A DNA stretch of 64,000 bases from Abditibacterium sp. (GTDB lineage: Bacteria; Armatimonadota; Abditibacteriia; Abditibacteriales; Abditibacteriaceae): the NCBI GenBank assembly GCA_965260925.1, contig CBDHBZ010000008.1, forward strand, positions 1,493,005 through 1,557,004. The letters run 5' to 3'. The position numbers and the translations under genes are program-made. Below the pieces are notes generated by a model. That model saw only the letters and a list, made by a program, of their open reading frames with translations. It searched no databases and had not been told where the DNA came from. Below are positions 27,163-35,441 of this stretch, in pieces. Positions within the stretch are counted from its first letter, which is position 1, and each line of letters begins with the position of its first letter.

Positions 27163-27383
27163 ACGAGCGAGTTTTCACTTAACAAAAGGAGACCGGCGGC
27201 GTTCACTGTAGCGATATACGCAGTAGTGCGGCGCACCCGCCCATGCGTTTGCGGACTCAGCGTGGTGCGGGTGCGCCGCACTACTGCGTATATCGCGAAA
27301 ACGCAACGGCGTGCCGGTGACGTGTAACGAGCTTGACTTCAACCGCGACGAATCATCGCAGAACTTGCTGAAAACTCGCTCGC
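27163..27383 (-). ncRNA. Candidate structured RNA unit B (retron msr/msd-like layout); strand not proven
   Basis: Outer 13-bp stem CGAGCGAGTTTTC (27165-27177) / GAAAACTCGCTCG (27371-27383). Identical 26-mer at 27187-27212. Perfect 28-bp unit-specific hairpin at 27213-27294. Conserved block at 27295-27369. Confidence 0.4.
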
Positions 27384-27401
27384 CTCGTTCGGTTGCATTC
27401 A

Positions 27402-27430
27402 ATCTTAACCGATGTGGCGCGGCTTCACAA
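27402..27430 (-). promoter_or_regulatory. Weak candidate promoter reading into unit B
   Basis: On the minus strand: TTGTGA (27430-27425), a 17-nt spacer, TAAGAT (27407-27402), about 20 nt before the outer stem of unit B. Confidence 0.2.
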
Positions 27431-27472
27431 GGGGTAGTGAAAACATTTTTGGATGGGATCGTTGTATGACAT

Positions 27473-27588
27473 TTGAAGCACATGAACGTTCTGCGGGGAG
27501 GTCGCCCTCTTCCGATCAGGATAAGTTCCTCGACAGCGCGCCCGATTGGAAGAGGGCGACCTCCCCGCAGAACGTTCATGTGCTTCAA
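27473..27588. repeat. Long hairpin element (45-nt arms), copy 2 of the family that brackets the RT module
   Basis: Arms at 27473-27517 and 27544-27588 (one G:T). The core GTTCTGCGGGGAGGTCGCCCTCTTCCGATC and the loop motif TAAGTTCCTCGA are shared with 19502-19615. Confidence 0.9.
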
Positions 27589-27700
27589 CTGCCGAATTAG
27601 CGTTCAAAGTGCAACAGCTTCCGGATACGCGGGGCACAGTTTTCCTCAATTCGCGCGTTTTGCGAGAGGCGATTTAGGCTAAAATTCACTTGGTTTTCTC

Positions 27701-29224
27701 GTGTCTTCTGCTCCGCCATTTTCCTCGCACCTCTCCGACGAGGCGCGCCGCCGCGCCTCGTATGTGATTCTGTTCACCGCGTTTTTGGACGTGCTGGGCT
27801 TTTCGATCATCATCCCGCAGCTCGCGGTTTACGCGGCGCAGTTCGGCGCGACGCCCGCCATGACCGGACTTTTGGCTTCGGTCTATTCGATGATGGGCTT
27901 TTTGTTCACGCCGTTTTGGGGCCGACTTTCCGATCGCATCGGGCGCCGTCCGGTTTTGCTCTATTCGATATTTGGCACCGCCGTTGGCTACGTCTTTTTC
28001 GCGTTCGCTTCTTCGCTGTGGTTTCTGTTCGCCTCGCGCATTATTGACGGCATCACTGGCGGCAACATCGGCACGGCGCAGGCGTATCTCTCGGACATTA
28101 CGCCGCCCGCCGAGCGCGCCAAAAACTTCGGATTGTTCGGCGCGACTTTTGGCATCGCCTTCGCCATCGGGCCTTTGATCGGTTCGGCGCTGACGCATTT
28201 GCCCGGCGTGTGGGGCGGCAACTTAGGTTTGGGCGCGTTTTCGGGCGGATTGGCTTTGCTCAATTGGGCGTTGGCGGTCAAGTTTCTGCGCGAAACTTTG
28301 CCCGAAGCCACGCGTAAAAACGCCGAAGCCAATAAAGATAACAAACGCTCGTTTATAACGGGTTTTTCGCGCGCCTTGAAAATTCCCCGGCTCAACCAGG
28401 CGATCGTGATCGGCTTTTTGGCGACGGCGGCGTTCGCCACGATTCAGGGCACTTACGCGCTTTATATTCTCAAGGAATACACGCGCCCGCTGGTGCAATC
28501 CGAGATTCGCCAAAATCCGCAGGCCGCCGCCGCGCGCGCCGAAAAATTGCGTTTTGCGCAGCGCACAACCGCGCCGATGCCGCCAACCGAAGGCGGCGCC
28601 GAAGTGAGCGATGATCCGACCAAACCTTACCCACCGTCATTGGGCGGCGACTTCACCTTCGATGGAGCCACTTCGCCCGACGGCTTGAGCTGGCGCGAAG
28701 TCGAGAAGCTCATCGTGCGACCCGAATCGGCGCGTTTGATCGGCTATATTTTCGGCGTCATCGGCATTTTATCTTTGATCGTGCAGGGCGGATTGATTCG
28801 GCCTTTGCAGAAAATGTTTGGCGAAGTGCCCTTAGTTTTGGCGGGCACTTTCATCATGGCGGCGGGCCTGATGAGCGTGGCGATCATCGAGCAAATCATC
28901 CCTCATGTTATCTGGGGCCAATATCTGGCGTGCGGCATTTTGACTTTGGGCAACGGCATCGCCACGCCAGTTTTGACTTCGCTGGTCTCGCAATACGCGC
29001 CCGAAAATGAGCGCGGCGAACTGCTGGGCATTTATCAATCGACGCAGAGTCTGGGCCGCATCGTCGGCCCCAACCTGGGCGGCGTTTTGTTCGGCGCCGT
29101 CGCGGCGGGCGCGCCTTTTATCGCGGGCGGCATCATCATGCTGGGCGCGGGCGCCCTCGCGTTTCGCCTGCGCGGCAACGGCAAGGCGGAGGACATGGCT
29201 GCTACCGGCGCTACGGCACAATAG
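27701..29224 (+). CDS. MFS transporter with a large hydrophilic central loop
   Basis: Multiple TM segments; MFS motif-A-like FWGRLSDRIGRRPVLL; ARIIDGITGGNIG. GTG start. Confidence 0.8.
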   Translation: MSSAPPFSSHLSDEARRRASYVILFTAFLDVLGFSIIIPQLAVYAAQFGATPAMTGLLASVYSMMGFLFTPFWGRLSDRIGRRPVLLYSIFGTAVGYVFFAFASSLWFLFASRIIDGITGGNIGTAQAYLSDITPPAERAKNFGLFGATFGIAFAIGPLIGSALTHLPGVWGGNLGLGAFSGGLALLNWALAVKFLRETLPEATRKNAEANKDNKRSFITGFSRALKIPRLNQAIVIGFLATAAFATIQGTYALYILKEYTRPLVQSEIRQNPQAAAARAEKLRFAQRTTAPMPPTEGGAEVSDDPTKPYPPSLGGDFTFDGATSPDGLSWREVEKLIVRPESARLIGYIFGVIGILSLIVQGGLIRPLQKMFGEVPLVLAGTFIMAAGLMSVAIIEQIIPHVIWGQYLACGILTLGNGIATPVLTSLVSQYAPENERGELLGIYQSTQSLGRIVGPNLGGVLFGAVAAGAPFIAGGIIMLGAGALAFRLRGNGKAEDMAATGATAQ

Positions 29225-29657
29225 TTTCGTTCAAATGCCCGATCATTTGGGCGACTGCGGGCGAATTGTGCGGGCGAAAGGCATCGGCAAACGCGGCTCT
29301 ATCCAATCCGCCCTGCGCCAAACTGTGGAAAAATGTCTCGAACAAAATACCGCGTTCTTGCTTCGTCATTGCGCCCAGAATTGCGGCGAACTCGGCGGGG
29401 TTTTCCTGCGCCCAAAGTCCCACAACCGAGTCGCGTTGAGTCGTCACAGCTTCGCCGGGCGGATTGGCCAGCCACGCGCGAACTTCGCTGGCGTCACCGC
29501 TTTTTTCGTAGCGCGCCAAAACGCGATTAGTGTCGATTCCGGTGCGGCCAATTAAATCGGAATTCGCGTAATCATACGCTTCGAGTCCGCGCCATAGCAA
29601 CGGCAGCAAAGCCAGGATTAAGGCGGCGAACGCGACGAGTTTCCACTTCTTTTTCAT
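29211..29657 (-). CDS. Membrane-anchored hypothetical protein
   Basis: Start moved to MKKKWKLVAFAALILALLPLLW (ATGA overlap with the upstream gene). No motif recognised. Confidence 0.45.
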   Translation of the reverse strand: MKKKWKLVAFAALILALLPLLWRGLEAYDYANSDLIGRTGIDTNRVLARYEKSGDASEVRAWLANPPGEAVTTQRDSVVGLWAQENPAEFAAILGAMTKQERGILFETFFHSLAQGGLDRAAFADAFRPHNSPAVAQMIGHLNETIVP

Positions 29658-30010
29658 ATCGAGTTCTCCGTCAATTGAACCACTCGCCCATCGCCATATT
29701 TGACGTTGACGAAACGGCCCCAACTCGCCGTCTTCGGCGGCGAAATCGGCTCGACGCCCAACGCGCGCAAATTTGCCAGCGTTTCATCGAGCGACGAAAC
29801 GGCGAAGCCGATCATCGTCAAATCGCTGGTCTCGCCTGCACGCGTCGGGTAAATCTCGAAAATTAAGCCGCCCAAATCGCACGAGTAATGCTGCGGCCCG
29901 GCGCCGTGCTGTTCTTGCACGAAACTCAAACCGAGCGCCCGATAAAACGCCAATGCGGCTTCTATATCGGCAGTGCGAACGACGAGCAGCGAAAATTTTG
30001 TGGAGTTCAC
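29654..30010 (-). CDS. VOC/glyoxalase-bleomycin resistance family protein
   Basis: 118 aa; LLVVRTADIEAALAFYRALGLSF...FEIYP...MIGFAVSSLDETLANLRALG. Confidence 0.65.
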   Translation of the reverse strand: MNSTKFSLLVVRTADIEAALAFYRALGLSFVQEQHGAGPQHYSCDLGGLIFEIYPTRAGETSDLTMIGFAVSSLDETLANLRALGVEPISPPKTASWGRFVNVKYGDGRVVQLTENSI

Positions 30011-30135
30011 GGCGATTATTTTAGCTCATAATCTACCCGTCAGGTAGGAAATAGTGGAAACGTGTCGCAATGGGCGCGCGTATCAATGCTTCAAGCGAGC
30101 ATTTCCCAGGCATAAACGTTTCAAAGGGCGCGCCA

Positions 30136-30229
30136 CGCGGAGACGTGGAGAGAATGAAGAACCATTAAACGAGGAAGTCAGATTTCCTTTGATGTTTGGT
30201 TTTCTCTTCATCCTCTCTGCGTCTCCGCG
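30136..30229. repeat. Inverted repeat element
   Basis: CGCGGAGACG (30136-30145) pairs with CGTCTCCGCG (30220-30229). The inner GGAGAGAATGAAGAA / TTCTTCATCCTCTCT pair is imperfect. Confidence 0.7.
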
Positions 30230-30277
30230 CGGGGCGTGAAATCTAAAAACGTTAAACTTGCCGATGCTCCCAAAATT

Positions 30278-31429
30278 ATGAAGCTGACTAACCCCGAAAT
30301 CATGCGCTACGGGCGCCACTTGATTATGCCGGAAGTGGGCGTCGAAGGTCAGGAAAAGCTCAAGGCGTCCAAACTTCTGATGATCGGCGCGGGCGGTTTA
30401 GGTTCGCCCGCCGGACTCTATCTGGCCGCTTCGGGCGTCGGAGAAATCACCATTCTCGATCCCGATGTCGTGGACGTTTCCAACCTGCAACGCCAAATTT
30501 TGCACGACTCGTCCAGCGTCGGCGTGCCCAAAGTCGAATCGGCCAAAAACCGCATGGCCGAAGTCAATCCGTTCGTCAAAGTCAACGCGATTCAAGACGC
30601 CGTTTCGACCGAGAACGTGATGGAACTGGTCAAAAGCCACGACATTGTGGTCGATGGCACCGACAACTTCGAGACGCGCTACATCGTCAACGACGCCTGC
30701 GTTTTGACCAATACGCTCAACGTTTACGGCTCGATTTTCCGCTTCGACGGCCAATCCACCGTTTTCGCCGACCCGAATGGCCCGTGCTATCGCTGCTTAT
30801 ATCCCGAACCGCCGCCCCCCGGCATGGTACCCTCGTGCGCCGAAGGCGGCGTTTTGGGCGTGTTGCCCGGCATCGTCGGCACGATTCAGGCGACCGAAGC
30901 CTTGAAAATCTTGATGGGCGCGGGCAATCCTTTGATTGGCCGTCTGCTGATTTACGACGCTCTGGCGATGACGTTTCGCACCTTGAAAATCCGCAAAGAC
31001 CCGGATTGCCCGATCTGCGGCGATCATCCGACGATTACCGAACTTCTGCCCGCCGCCGATTATCGTTTTCTGTGCGGTATTTCGGAAGATTCGCTGGGCG
31101 CCGATCCGAAATCGATCGAGCAGATTTCGGCGACCAAAGCCAAGGAATGGATGGACGGCAGCGACGCCAAATTTTTGGACGTGCGCAGCGACGAAGAGGT
31201 GCAAATCACCAAATTGCCCAACTCGGTTCACATTCCCTACGCGGATTTGCTGGGCCGCGTTAAAGAGTTGGATTCGGCGCAGGATTACGTCGTGTTCTGT
31301 CATGTCGGCGACAGTTCGGCGCGCGCCATCGCCGGTCTGCAAAAGCTGGGCTTCAAGAAATTGAAGAACATGGCGGGCGGCATTGACGCGTGGTCGAAAA
31401 ACGTGGACGAAAGCGTGCCGCGCTATTAA
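30278..31429 (+). CDS. moeB: MoeB/ThiF-family adenylyltransferase fused to a C-terminal rhodanese domain (MoeZ-like)
   Basis: RYGRHLIMPEVGVEGQEKL...LMIGAGGLGSP...DVVDVSNLQRQ; CYRCLYPEPP; CPICG; rhodanese tail VVFCHVGDSSARA. ATG 30278 is preferred because the listed GTG start lies in the repeat. Confidence 0.85.
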   Translation: MKLTNPEIMRYGRHLIMPEVGVEGQEKLKASKLLMIGAGGLGSPAGLYLAASGVGEITILDPDVVDVSNLQRQILHDSSSVGVPKVESAKNRMAEVNPFVKVNAIQDAVSTENVMELVKSHDIVVDGTDNFETRYIVNDACVLTNTLNVYGSIFRFDGQSTVFADPNGPCYRCLYPEPPPPGMVPSCAEGGVLGVLPGIVGTIQATEALKILMGAGNPLIGRLLIYDALAMTFRTLKIRKDPDCPICGDHPTITELLPAADYRFLCGISEDSLGADPKSIEQISATKAKEWMDGSDAKFLDVRSDEEVQITKLPNSVHIPYADLLGRVKELDSAQDYVVFCHVGDSSARAIAGLQKLGFKKLKNMAGGIDAWSKNVDESVPRY

Positions 31430-31723
31430 AGGTTGTCAGGAGATCAGGATTCAGTTGTCAGGAGAGAAAATGAAACGTTGTCGCTATAGCGAAAGTCTGG
31501 CGCGGCGTGCGCTCTTCCCGATGACCGACTTCCTGACAACTGACTCATTGACACTTGACACCCTAACAATTGTCCAAATTTCGGCGATGCCCGTTGGCAT
31601 CGCCGTTTCTTTTGTTTTCTGGCGATTTGTGCGCTTTATCGCGGACAGCGGGCCGGAGCATCGGATAAAATAATCTGCGTCGGGCGCTAATTTGTAGCGC
31701 GCCTAAATTTGGAGATTCCCCTT

Positions 31724-32383
31724 TTGAAAACCACTCGTTCTTCCTCTTTTGTTTTGTCTCGGTTGCGCGCCTTGCCGTTGCTGGCGATCGGCCTGAGTTG
31801 CGCCGTCGCGTTCGTGCCCGCGCCGCGTGCCGCGCACGCGCAAACCATGACTGTTGGCGTCGTTGACGAAGATAAACTCGCCGAAAGTTACAAGGCTTAC
31901 CAGACCGCCATCGCCGCCGTTGACACGCGCGCGCAGGGTTTGGACTCTAAGATTCCGGCCCGCGAATATCTTAACGAAACCGAGGGCAAAGCCTTCGATA
32001 GCATTATCGTTTTGCCGACGCTGGCGGCTTCGCAGCAGACGCAACTCGACGGTTTGGTCAAAACTGGCAACGAGCGCAAAGTCGAGTTTCTGGGCTTGAT
32101 CGGCAACGCCAATCGCACGCCCGCCAACAACGCGCGGCTCAAAGAGTTGCAAGATATCGCCACCAAAAATGGCCCCGATTTGCAGCGTCTGTCGCAAAAC
32201 CTGTTGGAAGCGATCCGCAAACAGCAGGACGATGTGGACAAAAGCTACACCGACAAAGCCAACTCGGTCGTGCAGCAAGTCGCCACCGAAAAGAAATTGT
32301 CCGCCGTGCTGCGCAAAAAAGCGCTGGTCTGGTCGGCGGATAGCATCGACATCACCAACGACGTGCTGAAGCGCTTGAATTAA
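31724..32383 (+). CDS. skp: Skp/OmpH-like periplasmic chaperone
   Basis: Signal peptide ...AFVPAPRAAHAQ, then a coiled, Gln/Lys-rich body. It lies upstream of lpxD. A TTG start 9 nt after GGAG is proposed. Confidence 0.6.
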   Translation: MKTTRSSSFVLSRLRALPLLAIGLSCAVAFVPAPRAAHAQTMTVGVVDEDKLAESYKAYQTAIAAVDTRAQGLDSKIPAREYLNETEGKAFDSIIVLPTLAASQQTQLDGLVKTGNERKVEFLGLIGNANRTPANNARLKELQDIATKNGPDLQRLSQNLLEAIRKQQDDVDKSYTDKANSVVQQVATEKKLSAVLRKKALVWSADSIDITNDVLKRLN

Positions 32384-32403
32384 GTTCGGCTTACTTTTTC
32401 TTC

Positions 32404-32481
32404 TGCGAACCGCGAGCGTGAGCGACCGGCTAAGTTCAACTGCCAAGAAACTACGACTTAGCCGGACGCTCGCGGTTCGCA
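32404..32481. repeat. Inverted repeat element downstream of skp
   Basis: TGCGAACCGCGAGCGT (32404-32419) pairs with ACGCTCGCGGTTCGCA (32466-32481). Inner pair CCGGCTAAGT / ACTTAGCCGG. Confidence 0.85.
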
Positions 32482-32553
32482 AGAAAACAGCAAACGCGGT
32501 TCTCGTCCTTTTCAAAGGATGAACATCAACGCGTTCTGTCAAATAACAAACTT

Positions 32554-33885
32554 ATGCCCAAACTCCGCGCTTCCCGCCGCGCCCGCGTTTTCTGCGCGGG
32601 CGTCGTTGCGAGCGCGGGTTTATGCGGCGGCTGTTCGGTGATGCCGCCGATTCCGAAAAACGTTCCGGCCAGCGAAATCGCTGCCGACCAAAAAGCCGCC
32701 GCCGCGCGTTCGCGCTCGCTGGAGAAAACCGTGTCGGGCATCAACGCGCAAACCGTGCGCGATTGGGTCGATCGTTATACGGCGCCCAAAAACGCGGTGC
32801 CCGTCAAAGCCGGGCCGCGCGAAATTTCGATCGATATAGACGCGCTCGCGCGCCGTCATCTCGCGTGGCAACTCGCCGATAAGTTGGGGCGCGACGCCAT
32901 CGCGCCCACTCCCGCGCGCCAGTTGCAGATTGATGTGCCCGCGTTACGCGCGCCCGGCACAGCAGCCACGTCCAACGGCCGAAATGGTTTGCGCCTGCCG
33001 GACGTGGCTGCATTGCCCATCCGTCCGGCGCGCGGCCTGAGCGCCACGGTCAGCCAGCGCCCGGCGATCGTGGCCAGCCGCGCGACGTTGGACGATTTCT
33101 TGACCGACCTACGCGCGCGCCAGAACGATTTGGAAGCCGCCGAATCCGAACTGGCGCGCCGCGCTTTAGAAGACCGCATTCGCGCTTCGACGCGCGGCGC
33201 GGTCGAAGCGATTTCGTTGGCGCCGGTTGCGCCCGAAACCGCGCTCGAACTTTCCAATCTGCGCCTGCAACTGCTCGCCCAACTGAGCGTGCCGCGCGCG
33301 CAAAAAGCCGCCGCCGCCGCTAAAATCGAGGCCATCGAAAAACGCTTGAACGAAATTTGGGAAGCCCAGACCGCCGCGCAAAACGCGCGTCTGCGCGCCG
33401 CTTTCGAGGAGTTGCCCGCGAGACTACGCCGCGAGGGTTTGCAGGCCCTCGATGCCGCCGCCGTCAAACGCGATTCGGAGCGCTATTACGCGCGCCTGGA
33501 ACTGCGCGGCCTCATCGAAAACCGCTTGAATGGCGCGCAACCGGGCGCCGACGACATTCAAATCCTGCGATTGTTGCTGCCGCGCGCGCGCGTGGCGACG
33601 ACTGATCTGAGCGTGGGCGGAAACAGTTCTTTCCAAACAAAGGCGCGCCGCGCCGCGTCTGCCCTGGCGAAGACAAACGATGGATTGCGCGATGCCCGCG
33701 ACGCGCGCCCGCTCAGCACAAGCGGAAGTTTCGACGGCCAATCCGCAGCGCAATTGCGCGCCCAGGCGCGCCGCGACGCGCGCCAGTGGGCCAGCAAATT
33801 GGCGCTGAGCTGGGGCGCTCAACTGTCCGAAAAAGCGAGCGCGCCCGACCGCACGAATTTGGCGATTGCCAAACTGTTCGGCTAA
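32554..33885 (+). CDS. Ala/Arg-rich coiled-coil lipoprotein of unknown function
   Basis: Lipobox-like ...SAGLCGGCS. Low-complexity helical sequence. Contains an in-frame degenerate copy of the dispersed hairpin (32962-33011). Confidence 0.5.
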   Translation: MPKLRASRRARVFCAGVVASAGLCGGCSVMPPIPKNVPASEIAADQKAAAARSRSLEKTVSGINAQTVRDWVDRYTAPKNAVPVKAGPREISIDIDALARRHLAWQLADKLGRDAIAPTPARQLQIDVPALRAPGTAATSNGRNGLRLPDVAALPIRPARGLSATVSQRPAIVASRATLDDFLTDLRARQNDLEAAESELARRALEDRIRASTRGAVEAISLAPVAPETALELSNLRLQLLAQLSVPRAQKAAAAAKIEAIEKRLNEIWEAQTAAQNARLRAAFEELPARLRREGLQALDAAAVKRDSERYYARLELRGLIENRLNGAQPGADDIQILRLLLPRARVATTDLSVGGNSSFQTKARRAASALAKTNDGLRDARDARPLSTSGSFDGQSAAQLRAQARRDARQWASKLALSWGAQLSEKASAPDRTNLAIAKLFG

Positions 33886-34272
33886 TCGCCACGAGATACG
33901 CGTTCGCACATAAGTTCGTAGCCACGCGTGCGCGCGAAATTGTGAGTGAAACCGCGATTTCTGGCGGGCCGCTAAAGAACTGGTATTAAGAATCCGCTAA
34001 GAACCGGAACCAAACGGCGCGCAACTCTAAACGCGCGCGAGTTTCTGTAAAAGTGGTAAAATAGGGCCGAGCCAAATGTTCGCACGCATTGCCACGCACT
34101 CCCACGCATGGCAAAGGTGCGGGCGAACGGTTTTGCCGGGGTTTGCAGCGCGTTTTTTAGCCGCAATGTTGCCGCACTCCTGAACATCACAGCACTTCAT
34201 CACCGTCTTTTTGTTGCCGCGTCGCATCATCATAACCAGCGGCCAACACAACTATTCAGGAGAAAATTTTTC

Positions 34273-35436
34273 ATGGCGACCATTTCTGTGGCCCCTAACG
34301 GTCAAACTCGTAGCACGACTGTCGGCGAAATCGCGCAGCTTTTAGAAGCGCAATGGGTCGGCGAAGCCTCGACGCCCATCACTGGCGTCGCCGGTCTCGA
34401 AAGCGCCGCGCCCGGCACGATTTCGTTTATCGATTCCGATAAGCTCATCGCCGAGGCTCTTGCCTCCAACGCGGCGGCCATCATCGCGCCCGAATCTCTG
34501 CGCGAGGCTTTGGAAGAAGCGCGCCGTCTCAAGCGCAAAAGCGTCGAGAACGAGAGCGCGCGCCGCCGCGTCAGCGACCGCAAAACGTTGGAAAAACCGA
34601 TCGTTTTCGCGGGCAATCCGCGCCTGGCCTTCGCCAAAGTTTTGGAATGGATGCAGCCCGCCGCCCTGCCCGAAAAAGGCGTGCATCGCACCGCCGTCAT
34701 CGAGAGCGACGCCATCATCGGCAAAGGCGTGACCATCCGCGAGGGCTGTTACGTCGGTCACGCCGCGCGTATCGCCGACGGCGTGGTTTTGTATCCGCAC
34801 GTCACCGTTGGCGACGGCGCGCAAATCGGCGCGGGCACTATTATCTATCCGAGTGTCGTGATTTACCGGCAGGTTCACATCGGCAAGCGCGTGCGTATCC
34901 ATTCGGGTAGCGTGCTGGGCAGCGACGGTTTCGGCTACGTTTTCGATGGCGAGCGCCACCAGAAAGTCCCGCAAATCGGCACCGTTATCATCGAAGACGA
35001 TGTGGAAATCGGCGCCAACGTCTGCATTGATCGCGCCACCATGGGCGCCACGCGCGTCGGCGAGGGCACCAAAATCGACAACCTGACGCAGATCGCGCAC
35101 AACGTCCAAATCGGCAAAAACTGCGTCATCTGCGGCCAGGTCGGCCTGAGCGGCAGCGTCATCATCGAAGACAACGTGAGCATGGCCGGGCAAGTCGGTT
35201 TGCGCGATCACGTCAAAATCGGCAAAGGCGCGATTTTGGGCGCCAAAGCCGGCATCATGGCCGACATCGGCGCTGGCGAGTTCGTCATGGGTTCGCCCTC
35301 GCTCCCGCAACGCGATTACCTGCGCGTTCACGCCGCCTCGCGCAAACTGCCCGAAATGGCCAAGCAACTGCGGCGCCTGGAGAAAACCGTCGAGGAGTTG
35401 ACGGCGAAACTAAACGAACGCGCCGAAACGAGCTAA
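34273..35436 (+). CDS. lpxD: UDP-3-O-acylglucosamine N-acyltransferase
   Basis: ATG 34273 lies 11 nt after AGGAG. N-terminal domain ...GTISFIDSDK...; hexapeptide repeats (IGKGVTIREGCYVGHAARIADGVVLYPHVTVGDGAQIG...). A charged insertion of about 33 aa follows AAIIAPES. Confidence 0.9.
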   Translation: MATISVAPNGQTRSTTVGEIAQLLEAQWVGEASTPITGVAGLESAAPGTISFIDSDKLIAEALASNAAAIIAPESLREALEEARRLKRKSVENESARRRVSDRKTLEKPIVFAGNPRLAFAKVLEWMQPAALPEKGVHRTAVIESDAIIGKGVTIREGCYVGHAARIADGVVLYPHVTVGDGAQIGAGTIIYPSVVIYRQVHIGKRVRIHSGSVLGSDGFGYVFDGERHQKVPQIGTVIIEDDVEIGANVCIDRATMGATRVGEGTKIDNLTQIAHNVQIGKNCVICGQVGLSGSVIIEDNVSMAGQVGLRDHVKIGKGAILGAKAGIMADIGAGEFVMGSPSLPQRDYLRVHAASRKLPEMAKQLRRLEKTVEELTAKLNERAETS

Positions 35437-35441
35437 CGGCG

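Noticed and set aside
27175-27682. Small ORFs (62-137 aa) within the leader upstream of the RT operon
   Set aside because: They are mirror-image translations of hairpin arms (for example HERSAGRSPSS on both strands). The region is better explained as structured non-coding DNA or RNA.
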